DNA of 19,712 nucleotides from a virus: UHGV virus genome UHGV-0268470; one strand, 5' to 3'. Shown piece by piece: positions 10,044 to 19,257 of this stretch (position 1 is its first letter; each line of letters starts with the position of its first letter). The notes under the pieces were generated by a model. It saw only the letters and a program-made list of their open reading frames with translations, ran no database searches and was not told where the DNA came from. The position numbers and the translations under genes were made by a program.

Positions 10044-10115
10044 AAGATGCTCGACACGCTGCAGAACACGCAGCTGCAGAGCGCCATTGTGAAGGCGATG
10101 TATGCCGCCACCATC
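10042..10115. repeat. 74-bp perfect inverted repeat, copy 1 (partner 10499..10572)
   Basis: Reverse complement of 10499..10572 equals 10042..10115 (checked by hand); encodes KMLDTLQNTQLQSAIVKAMYAATI. Overlaps the 80-bp repeat copies by 2 and 4 bp at the junctions. Confidence 0.9.
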
Positions 10116-10422
10116 GAGAGTGAGCTGGATACGCAGTCAGCGATGGATTTTATTCTTGGCGCGAACAGTAAGGAGCAGCGGGACAGGCTGACCGGCTGGA
10201 TTGGTGAAATTGCCGCGTATTACGCCGCAGCACCGGTCCGGCTGGGAGGCGCAAAAGTGCCTCACCTGATGCCGGGTGACTCACTGAACCTGCAGACGGC
10301 TCAGGACACGGATAACGGCTACTCCGTGTTTGAGCAGTCACTGTTGCGGTATATCGCTGCCGGGCTGGGTGTCTCGTATGAGCAGCTTTCCCGGAATTAC
10401 GCCCAGATGAGCTACTCCACGG

Positions 10423-10502
10423 CACGGGCCAGTGCGAACGAGTCGTGGGCGTACTTTATGGGGCGGCGAAAATTCGTCGCATCCCGTCAGGCGAGCCAGA
10501 TG
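10423..10502. repeat. 80-bp perfect inverted repeat, copy 2 (partner 9964..10043)
   Basis: Same as above; this copy encodes ...ARASANESWAYFMGRRKFVASRQASQM on the plus strand. Confidence 0.9.
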
Positions 10503-10572
10503 GTGGCGGCATACATCGCCTTCACAATGGCGCTCTGCAGCTGCGTGTTCTGCAGCGTGTCGAGCATCTTCA
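10499..10572. repeat. 74-bp perfect inverted repeat, copy 2 (partner 10042..10115)
   Basis: Same as above. Confidence 0.9.
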
Positions 10573-11340
10573 TCTGCTCCATCACGCTGTAAAACACATT
10601 TGCACCGCGGGTCTGCCCGTCCTCCACGGGTTCAAAGACGTGAATGAACGAAGCACGACCGCCCGGTAACTCACGGGGTATCCATGTCCATTTCTGCGGC
10701 ATCCAGCCAGGATAGCCGTCCTCACTGACGTAATATCCCAGCGCCGCACCGCTGTCATTAATCTGCACACCGGCACGGCAGTTCCGGCTGTCGCCGGTAT
10801 TGTTCGGGTTGCTGATGCGCTTCGGGCTGACCATCCGGAACTGTGTCCGGAAAAGCCGCGACGAACTGGTATCCCAGGTGGCCTGAACGAACAGTTCACC
10901 GTTAAAGGCGTGCATGGCCACACCTTCCCGAATCATCATGGTAAACGTGCGTTTTCGCTCAACGTCAATGCAGCAGCAGTCATCCTCGGCAAACTCTTTC
11001 CATGCCGCTTCAACCTCGCGGGAAAAGGCACGGGCGTCTTCCTCCCCGATGCCCAGATAGCGCCAGCTTGGGCGATGACTGAGCCGGAAAAAAGACCCGA
11101 CGATATGATCCTGATGCAGCTGGATGGCGTTGGCAGCATAGCCGTTATTGCGTACCAGATCGTCTGCGCGGGCATTGCCACGGGTAAAGTTGGGCAGCAG
11201 GGCTGCATCCACACTTTCACCCGGTGGGTTCCACGCCCGCAACTGCCCACCAAATCCGCTGCCACCGCCGTGATAACCGGCATATTCACGCAGCGATGTC
11301 ATGCCGTCCGGTCCCAGAAGGGTGGGAATGGTGGGCGTTT

Positions 11341-13443
<2,103 letters not shown>

Positions 13444-13469
<26 letters not shown>

Positions 13470-13989
13470 TCAGCAACCCCGGTATCAGTTCATCCAGCGC
13501 GGCTGCTTTGTTCATGGCTTTGATGATATCCCGTTTCAGGAAATCAACATGTCGGTTTTCCAGTTCCGGAAAACGCCGCTGCACCGACAGGGGGATCCCG
13601 TCGAGAATACTGGCAATTTCACCTGCGATCCGCGACAGCACGAAAGTACAGAATGCGGTTTCCACCACTTCAGCGGAGTCTCTGGCATTTTTCAGCTCCT
13701 GTGCGTCGGCCTGCGCACGCGTAAGTCGATGGCGTTCGTACTCAATAGTCCCTGGCTGGAGATCTGTCTCGCTGGCCTGTCGCAGTTCTTCAACCTCCCG
13801 GCGCAGCTTTTCGTTCTCAATTTCAGCATCCCTTTCGGCATACCATTTTATGACGTCGGCAGAGTCATAAAGCACCTCATTACCCTTCCCACCGCCTCGC
13901 AGAACGGGCATTCCCTGCTCCTGCCAGTTCTGAATAGTACGGATACTCGCGCCGAAAATGTCAGCCAGCTGCTTTTTGTTGACTTCCAT
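13444..13989 (-). CDS. Nu1: Terminase small subunit Nu1 (181 aa)
   Basis: MEVNKKQLADIFGASIRTIQNWQEQGMPVLRGGGKGNEVLYDS... matches lambda gpNu1. Confidence 0.93.
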
Positions 13990-13994
13990 TGTTC

Positions 13995-14215
13995 ATTCCA
14001 CGGACAAAAACAGAGAAAGGAAACGACAGAGGCCAAAAAGCCCGTTTTCAGCACCTGTCGTTTCCTTTCTTTTCAGGGAGTGTTTTAAATAAAAACATTA
14101 AGTTACGGCGAAGAAGAACGGAAACGCCTTAAACCGGAAAATTTTCATAAATAGCGAAAACCCGCGAGGTCGCCGCCCCGTAACCTGTTGGATCGACGGA
14201 AAGGACCCGAAAACG
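13995..14215. promoter_or_regulatory. cos site: cosB (R3/R2/I1/R1) - cosN - cosQ; the 12-nt cohesive end is 14167..14178
   Basis: 14134..14178 is the reverse complement of the recalled lambda left end GGGCGGCGACCTCGCGGGTTTTCGCTATTTATGAAAATTTTCCGG. Inverted R sites gaaacgacag (~14021) and ctgtcgtttc (~14056), an A/T-rich IHF-like stretch (~14085..14105) and an R1-like site (~14108..14125) lie between cosN and Nu1. Confidence 0.8.
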
Positions 14216-14326
14216 AGAATAATTATCACTTACAGCAAGAATCGAATCTGATCTATTATGGTGCTTGCTATTATGTGCCGGCACAAGTGCGTCGTTTACC
14301 GTCATTTCACACAGAGGCATCATCAA

Positions 14327-14578
14327 ATGAAAATCAGAAATATTCTCGCTATCTCCCTTGCGACATCATCCTTCAGTTGCCTGGCATTTAAATCCTCGCC
14401 CAATGTGCTACCAGGACCAACGAATCAACTAACTGCGGTAGAAAGTAAAATTATCGGACATTTTTATGCCCCACACAGTACATTACCCGGAACAACCATC
14501 ACAGGGACATGTGACGCCTCCCCCGTCCCGGGATGCACCTGTCCGTTTTGTACTATGCTGCGTAGCCAAAACCGATAA
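14327..14578 (+). CDS. Hypothetical secreted Cys-rich small protein (83-aa precursor)
   Basis: ATG at 14327 with AGAGG 8-9 nt upstream. N-terminus MKIRNILAISLATSSFSCLA is a typical Sec signal peptide. Mature part ends with 4 Cys (GTCDASPVPGCTCPFCT). I recognise no homolog. Confidence 0.5.
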   Translation: MKIRNILAISLATSSFSCLAFKSSPNVLPGPTNQLTAVESKIIGHFYAPHSTLPGTTITGTCDASPVPGCTCPFCTMLRSQNR

Positions 14579-14639
14579 CATCCGCATTTACCTGGTATTC
14601 CATGATGAGTTCACGCAGCGACTGATAGAGGAAGGAAAG

Positions 14640-14819
14640 ATGGTTAGTAAAAGCAAGGCGCATTGCCGCCGCATGCTGCAGGCATTGCAACAGACGAGAG
14701 CAGGTATTTTTGACCAGTTGGAAAACTGCCAGCATACTTTGCCCGAGTATATCGCCATCTCATCGGAAACCAGTGCAACTCTTATTCATCGGGTTCCACC
14801 AGAGAAAAAGAAGAAATGA
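14640..14819 (+). CDS. Hypothetical small protein (59 aa)
   Basis: ATG at 14640 preceded by AGGAAGGA; MVSKSKAHCRRMLQALQQTRAGIFDQLENCQH..., followed by a hairpin. I recognise no homolog. Confidence 0.4.
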   Translation: MVSKSKAHCRRMLQALQQTRAGIFDQLENCQHTLPEYIAISSETSATLIHRVPPEKKKK

Positions 14820-14825
14820 ACAGTG

Positions 14826-14850
14826 AGGCGTTGTGTGGCATACAACGCCT
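14826..14850. terminator. Hairpin between convergent genes (9-bp stem aggcgttgt/acaacgcct, 7-nt loop)
   Basis: Perfect inverted repeat followed on the plus strand by tcttcc; lies between the 3' ends of the 59-aa ORF (+) and the lipoprotein gene (-). Confidence 0.4.
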
Positions 14851-14941
14851 TCTTCCATCATTCCTCGTCAGCCATGACAAAAATATAACCGCTGGCTCTT
14901 TCATTTTTCTCCTGCTTCCAGCCCCTCTCTACCTGGAAGCA

Positions 14942-15268
14942 TCAAGGACGTGACGGCGTAAAGATAAATTGTCTCTTCACTCCCTGACAGGGGCGATTCT
15001 TTTCAAATCGCCATTTCGCCATGGCCTTCACCACTTCATCACGAAACAAATTATGAGGCTCTGAGCGGAGAAAAACGATCCGTGTCACAGTCCCATCAGC
15101 ACCAATATCGAACTTAACCTCAACCAGCCCCTTGATATAATTTGCTGCAGCATATTCCGGATATCGTGGATACACCGTCACTAATTGCCGGGGCTCATCA
15201 GCTTTTTGCTGCGAGCATCCCACTGCCAGGACAGATAACAGAAAAAGTAGTAAAAGGCGTCTTTTCAT
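14942..15268 (-). CDS. Lipoprotein consisting of a stand-alone TonB C-terminal-like domain (108-aa precursor)
   Basis: ATG at 15268 gives MKRRLLLLFLLSVLAVGC|SQQ, a lipoprotein signal with lipobox LAVGC and Ser at +2. The mature part YPRYPEYAAANYIKGLVEVKFDIGADGTVTRIVFLRSEPHNLFRDEVVKAMAKWRFEKNRP aligns by eye to the recalled E. coli TonB C-terminal domain ([58 protein letters not shown]). The ORF-track start at 15322 is an over-extension. Confidence 0.7.
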   Translation of the reverse strand: MKRRLLLLFLLSVLAVGCSQQKADEPRQLVTVYPRYPEYAAANYIKGLVEVKFDIGADGTVTRIVFLRSEPHNLFRDEVVKAMAKWRFEKNRPCQGVKRQFIFTPSRP

Positions 15269-15748
15269 TTTTATTCCTACGGGTCTTATTCTGACAATAT
15301 ATCCTGTGTTCCAGACTGCCACATCACCACATCCTGTGCCATTATCTGACTCACATTACATACATCGCATCGGGATACAGTAGTAGCACTTTCTGTAATA
15401 CAGCTTCCTGTTTCTTCCACCATCGCACCGGGATAAACCCGCGAATCATTAACGCGGTAAAAACCCGGTGTGCATCGTTTTTAATTATTCCCGCACACTC
15501 ACGCAGAAGGAATTCCCCGTCGGGCTACGGTCATGGTTAATGCGGGAATACGGCGACGATACAGCGCAGCTAAAAGGGTAATGGACGGATAGACCGGTTT
15601 ATTTCATTCCACAGGATTCTGAGTGTCCCCAACTTCCTCCAATAGTCTGAGCCCACCTGTGTAGTTTTAATTTTCATCAATCCATTTAACTATCGTTTAA
15701 TTGTTGTCACATAGGATTCTGCCGTTTTTAACAATGCAGGATAATAAG

Positions 15749-16042
15749 ATGAAAAAAATGTTGTTTTCTGCCGCTCTGGCAATGCTTATTACAGGATGTG
15801 CTCAACAGACGTTTACTGTTGGAAACAAACCTACAGCAGTAACACCAAAGGAAACCATCACCCATCATTTCTTCGTTTCGGGAATTGGGCAGAAGAAAAC
15901 TGTCGATGCAGCAAAAATTTGTGGTGGTGCAGAAAATGTTGTTAAAACAGAAACCCAGCAAACATTCGTAAATGGATTGCTCGGTTTTATTACTTTAGGC
16001 ATTTATACTCCGCTGGAAGCGCGTGTGTATTGCTCACAATAA
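15749..16042 (+). CDS. bor: Bor serum-resistance outer-membrane lipoprotein (97 aa)
   Basis: ATG at 15749 with AGGA upstream; MKKMLFSAALAMLITGCAQQTFTV...ICGGAENVVKTETQQTFVNGLLGFITLGIYTPLEARVYCSQ matches lambda Bor. On the strand opposite the lysis genes, as in lambda. Confidence 0.88.
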   Translation: MKKMLFSAALAMLITGCAQQTFTVGNKPTAVTPKETITHHFFVSGIGQKKTVDAAKICGGAENVVKTETQQTFVNGLLGFITLGIYTPLEARVYCSQ

Positions 16043-16053
16043 TTGCATGAGTT

Positions 16054-16069
16054 GCCCATCGATATGGGC
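16054..16069. terminator. Palindromic hairpin GCCCATCGATATGGGC between convergent bor and Rz
   Basis: 6-bp stem and 4-nt loop between the bor stop (16042) and the Rz stop (16074). Confidence 0.45.
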
Positions 16070-16073
16070 AGCT

Positions 16074-16535
16074 CTATCTGCACTGCTCATTAATATACTT
16101 CTGGGTTCCTTCCAGTTGTTTTTGCATAGTGATCAGCCTCTCTCTGAGGGTGAAATAATCCCGTTCAGCGGTGTCTGCCAGTCGGGGGGAGGCTGCATTA
16201 TCCACGCCGGAGGCGGTGGTGGCTTCACGCACTGACTGACAGACTGCTTTGATGTGCAACCGACGACGACCAGCGGCAACATCATCACGCAGAGCATCAT
16301 TTTCAGCTTTCGCATCAGCTAACTCCTTCGTGTATTTTGCATCGAGCGCAGCAACATCACGCTGACGCATCTGTATGTCAGTAATTGCCGCGTTCGCCAG
16401 CGTCAGTTCTCTGGCATTTTTGTCGCGCTGGGCTTTGTAGGTAATCGCGTTATCGCGGTAATGATTAACCGCCCATGAAAGGCAGACGATGACGCAGATA
16501 ACCAGAGCGGAGATAATCGCGGTTATTCTGCTCAT
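16074..16535 (-). CDS. Rz: Spanin inner-membrane subunit Rz (153 aa)
   Basis: [40 protein letters not shown]... matches lambda Rz. Confidence 0.9.
   Translation of the reverse strand: MSRITAIISALVICVIVCLSWAVNHYRDNAITYKAQRDKNARELTLANAAITDIQMRQRDVAALDAKYTKELADAKAENDALRDDVAAGRRRLHIKAVCQSVREATTASGVDNAASPRLADTAERDYFTLRERLITMQKQLEGTQKYINEQCR
16133..16315 (-). CDS. Rz1: Spanin outer-membrane lipoprotein subunit Rz1 (60 aa), embedded in Rz in the +1 frame
   Basis: [47 protein letters not shown]... has a lipobox and proline-rich tract and matches lambda Rz1. Confidence 0.8.
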   Translation of the reverse strand: MRKLKMMLCVMMLPLVVVGCTSKQSVSQCVKPPPPPAWIMQPPPDWQTPLNGIISPSERG

Positions 16536-17008
16536 ACCTCACTCTCTCTGAGCGTTCCGCCAGCTTCTTTGAATTTTGCAATCAGGCTGTCAGCCTTATG
16601 CTCGAACTGACCATAACCAGCGCCCGGCAGTGAAGCCCAGATATTGCTGCAACGGTCGATTGCCTGACGGATATCACCGCGATCAATCATCGGTAAAGCA
16701 CCACGCTCTTTAATCTGCTGTAATGCCACTGCGTCCTGGCTTTTGGGGGAGAAGTCTTTCAAACCAAGCTGTTTACGGTAAGCATCCCACCAGCGTGAAA
16801 GAAGCTGATAACGTCCGGCGGCTGTTGATTTGAGTTTGGGGTGTAGCGTGACAAGTTTGCGAGGGTGATCGGAGTAATCAGTAAACAGTTCGCCGCCAAC
16901 AATAACATCATAACCGTGGTTACGTGTCGGTTGTCGCCCGTTATCCGTTCCTTCTGACCACGCCAACATATCGAGGAAGGCTTTACGCTGAGGATTAAGA
17001 TTTTGCAT
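16532..17008 (-). CDS. R: Endolysin R (lytic transglycosylase, 158 aa)
   Basis: ...[49 protein letters not shown]... matches lambda gpR over nearly its full length; only the first few residues differ. Confidence 0.93.
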   Translation of the reverse strand: MQNLNPQRKAFLDMLAWSEGTDNGRQPTRNHGYDVIVGGELFTDYSDHPRKLVTLHPKLKSTAAGRYQLLSRWWDAYRKQLGLKDFSPKSQDAVALQQIKERGALPMIDRGDIRQAIDRCSNIWASLPGAGYGQFEHKADSLIAKFKEAGGTLRESEV

Positions 17009-17312
17009 TTTTCACCCCTGTCAGTCGTTCCCAGAAGTACGTCAGTGCAACCGAACCCATCGCACCACTAATCCCCGCTGTCGCGAGAATCATGTAAATA
17101 CTGAATCCACTTTCGATGCTGATCAGGCCACCAATAACACCGGTGAATCCTGATACCACTATTTGAGCCAGAGCATTTATCCAACTCCACGTTGCTTTAC
17201 TCTGCTTCACATCTATCAGGTAGCGGACCAGACCGCCCCAACCTGCGATGATCAGCAAAACGAGCCAGAACGCTCCGGCAAGGCTCTCTTTTTCGTGCAT
17301 ATGAATAGCCAA
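16995..17312 (-). CDS. Putative holin (three predicted transmembrane segments); not lambda S-like
   Basis: Just upstream of R and overlapping it by 14 nt, as lambda S does. Three hydrophobic stretches and a charged C-terminus. No similarity to recalled lambda S. Start is uncertain: TTG at 17312 or ATG at 17300. Confidence 0.55.
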   Translation of the reverse strand: MAIHMHEKESLAGAFWLVLLIIAGWGGLVRYLIDVKQSKATWSWINALAQIVVSGFTGVIGGLISIESGFSIYMILATAGISGAMGSVALTYFWERLTGVKNAKS

Positions 17313-17414
17313 TGTTTCGCCGCCGACAAAAGGCCGGGACGTTAAATGTCAGAAATCAGGCTCACGGGGTAATTTAACGACAAAGCACGGAGTTGATGCT
17401 CCCCGCAAGCCTGG

Positions 17415-17440
17415 AATAAAAAAGCCAGCATGTAGCTGGC
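17415..17440 (-). terminator. Intrinsic terminator (tR'-like) between the late promoter region and the holin
   Basis: Minus strand reads GCCAGC-TACAT-GCTGGC followed by TTTTTTATT. Confidence 0.5.
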
Positions 17441-17528
17441 AACAGAGGGTTAAGCAATATCAACTCAACAGCTGAAGACACCCTGGCTGGGGTAGGTTGG
17501 AAGGCTACTCACCGTTCAGAAACAGAAA

Positions 17529-17591
17529 AGCCCAAGGCTTTAAACCTCGGGCTTGAATTTGGATTACTGCCAGTGCGTACAACATTGGCAA
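17529..17591 (-). promoter_or_regulatory. Candidate late promoter (pR'-like) with an immediately downstream hairpin
   Basis: Minus strand TTGCCA (17591..17586) - 17 nt - AGTAAT (17568..17563), then hairpin AGCCCGAGG/CCTTGGGCT (17553..17529) followed by a U-rich tract. Promoter assignment is by eye only. Confidence 0.3.
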
Positions 17592-17621
17592 AATATCAGA
17601 TTTACATAAAATATATGATTT

Positions 17622-18311
17622 TTAATCCAGTTTTGCAATATCTTGCTGTGAAAATATGGTCTTTTGTTTTGAACGTGTTTTCGTTAAAAGCAATAAAGCT
17701 TGGCTATCAAGCTGTAGAAAAATGTGCTTCATTGCAACCCAGCGTTCAGTAAATGTCTCAGACCAGTTTTTTGATGTCACTCCCACCAGTGATGCCAGCT
17801 CCTGGTATTCATAGGTCTTACGCCCTGCCAGCTCGTTCTTCACATCCTGTGCCGCCAGCCAGATCAACTTCTTCAAACGTTCCAGTGTTTTACCTGCAAT
17901 TTTCCTGGTACCCAACAGAGTCTTAAACTCGCTCCATGCCCACTGCGTTATGGTGACCTGATGTTCCCAGCGAACACTTTCGCTGTAACTCCACAGCAAC
18001 CACGCTTTCTGATGTTCTTCGAGAGACAGAACCGCGCGGCGCCATGACGAGGTTGAGAACTCAACCTGGCTGACCAGTGCAATGGATGAACCTTTTGCGT
18101 ACAACTGCTTACCGGAAATCGGCGGATTATCCAGCGTAATCATCCTGCCAGTTACCTCATCCAGAATGCGCGGCTTCTTTCGTTTGTATGTACCAGTATC
18201 AAATTGTGCATGCTCCAGCCAGGCTTCAAGCTGTCCTTTCGTTGCTCCGCTCAAATCAGCGGTAGCCACAATGAGTTGCTCGCGGACATACTGTAAATAT
18301 TGGGTATTCAT
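17622..18311 (-). CDS. Putative late-gene regulator at the Q position (229 aa, no cysteines); antiterminator role inferred from position only
   Basis: ATG at 18311 preceded by AAAGGAG and overlapping the ylcG-like stop (ATGA). Sits directly upstream of the promoter/terminator region and lysis cassette. No similarity to recalled lambda Q. Confidence 0.45.
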   Translation of the reverse strand: MNTQYLQYVREQLIVATADLSGATKGQLEAWLEHAQFDTGTYKRKKPRILDEVTGRMITLDNPPISGKQLYAKGSSIALVSQVEFSTSSWRRAVLSLEEHQKAWLLWSYSESVRWEHQVTITQWAWSEFKTLLGTRKIAGKTLERLKKLIWLAAQDVKNELAGRKTYEYQELASLVGVTSKNWSETFTERWVAMKHIFLQLDSQALLLLTKTRSKQKTIFSQQDIAKLD

Positions 18312-18448
18312 GCGGCAGCTCCTTTCAGTGTTTTGGCGTAATTCTTCAGTATCCGGTAATCGGTCAAAACAGAACTAGGAAAACGATATAAGCGCAGGCG
18401 CACCCAGCGGCGGCGAAGACGTTCTGCCATATAAGACTCAAACATCAT
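18308..18448 (-). CDS. ylcG: Small protein (46 aa), YlcG-like by position and length
   Basis: Not in the ORF track. Translated by hand: [46 protein letters not shown]. Start overlaps the rusA stop and stop overlaps the downstream ATG. Position matches ylcG in the DLP12 order I recall; its sequence is not recalled. Confidence 0.5.
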   Translation of the reverse strand: MMFESYMAERLRRRWVRLRLYRFPSSVLTDYRILKNYAKTLKGAAA

Positions 18449-18807
18449 TCATCTCCCAGTTCAGTGATAGTCAGCTCCAGCTTCCCACCTTTGGTAACGG
18501 GCATCTTCACAACGCGGTAATCAACGACCTGAGCATCATCCAGCCAGAAACCTGCTTTGGTGAGTGCGTCAAAAGCGGCCTTTTGCAGATTATCAAGGTC
18601 ACGGCGACGGCGATCCGGCATGTGGCACTCAATGCTGATTTTCACAGGAATAGCCAGGCCGATATCCAGCATTGCGTTTTTAATGATTCGGGCGACATTA
18701 TCGCGGTATGCCTGCCCCTCTGCGCTGATATGCGTGCGTCCGCGATTATGGCGGTAATAGCGATTATTGCTCGGCGGCCAGGGTAGTGTGATGCAGTAAG
18801 TATTCAC
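18445..18807 (-). CDS. rusA: Holliday junction resolvase RusA (120 aa)
   Basis: [100 protein letters not shown]... closely matches recalled E. coli RusA. Confidence 0.92.
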   Translation of the reverse strand: MNTYCITLPWPPSNNRYYRHNRGRTHISAEGQAYRDNVARIIKNAMLDIGLAIPVKISIECHMPDRRRRDLDNLQKAAFDALTKAGFWLDDAQVVDYRVVKMPVTKGGKLELTITELGDE

Positions 18808-19094
18808 GCCTTAATTACCCCCTCTTTCAGCCAGATAACCTGTGTTCTCGCCATACCTTCCAGCGCACATTCTTTTGCATATCCAGCGTCAACAAAATGC
18901 GTGCGACGGTCGATTTCGTCGTGGCAGGCAGAACATGCAATGGTGGCAATCAGGTCTGGCGGTTTGATACCGGTACCGCACAATCCAGCCAGCCGGATAT
19001 GTGCCAGTACTGACGTTTCAGGATTGCCATTACATACGCCAGGGATTCTTACCTGGCATTCCCGACCACGCGCTGCTTTTCTCAAGTCAGCCAT
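18804..19094 (-). CDS. ybcO: YbcO-like Cys-rich protein (96 aa; putative metal-binding nuclease fold)
   Basis: ATG at 19094 preceded by AAGGAGGA; [62 protein letters not shown]... Position between ninE and rusA as in DLP12. The ORF-track TTG start at 19133 is not credited. Confidence 0.6.
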   Translation of the reverse strand: MADLRKAARGRECQVRIPGVCNGNPETSVLAHIRLAGLCGTGIKPPDLIATIACSACHDEIDRRTHFVDAGYAKECALEGMARTQVIWLKEGVIKA

Positions 19095-19257
19095 GATTCC
19101 TCCTTGCTGCCAGTCGCAACCATTTTTTATCAACCAGGCTGGCGGTATATCCGAGCAGTGTTGGTATTTCGGATGGTTTCAGCTCAGGCTTACGCTTACG
19201 ACGATTTGGTACTCTGTAGATGTGTCCGTTCATGACACGAATAAGCGGTGTAGCCAT
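19087..19257 (-). CDS. ninE: NinE-like small protein (56 aa)
   Basis: Not in the ORF track. Translated by hand: [59 protein letters not shown] overlaps the upstream stop (TAATG). Confidence 0.65.
   Translation of the reverse strand: MATPLIRVMNGHIYRVPNRRKRKPELKPSEIPTLLGYTASLVDKKWLRLAARRNHG

Noticed and set aside
9746-10425. Minus-strand ORFs 9746..10114 (122 aa) and 10150..10425 (91 aa), and the plus-strand 10041..10592 ORF taken as an independent gene
   Set aside because: These are by-products of the inverted central segment of B: wrong-frame readings, or the displaced B middle itself. They are covered by the B pseudogene.
14129-14326. 65-aa minus-strand ORF spanning cosN
   Set aside because: It crosses the cohesive-end site and cosQ, has no ribosome-binding site, and would be cut in the linear virion genome.
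14258-14819. Longer ORF-track versions of the moron genes (106 aa from 14258; 117 aa from 14466)
   Set aside because: The upstream ATGs lack Shine-Dalgarno sequences. The 14466 frame overlaps the signal-peptide gene out of frame. Internal starts at 14327 and 14640 have good ribosome-binding sites and give sensible products.
15701-15748. ORF-track start of bor at 15701 (113 aa)
   Set aside because: The ATG at 15749 with upstream AGGA gives the 97-aa Bor with its signal peptide directly at the N-terminus.
15728-16315. Plus/minus shadow ORFs around bor and Rz (15728..15961 minus; 16023..16235 plus)
   Set aside because: They are antisense to bor and Rz/Rz1 respectively and have no independent start signals.
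17313-17621. tRNA genes between the Q-position gene and the holin
   Set aside because: No cloverleaf-compatible sequence or T-loop (GTTCGAATC-like) motif found by eye; only terminator-type hairpins.
17622-18311. Calling the 229-aa protein lambda Q
   Set aside because: It has no similarity to recalled lambda Q and no cysteines for Q's zinc-binding motif. Kept only as a positional Q candidate, with an empty gene symbol.
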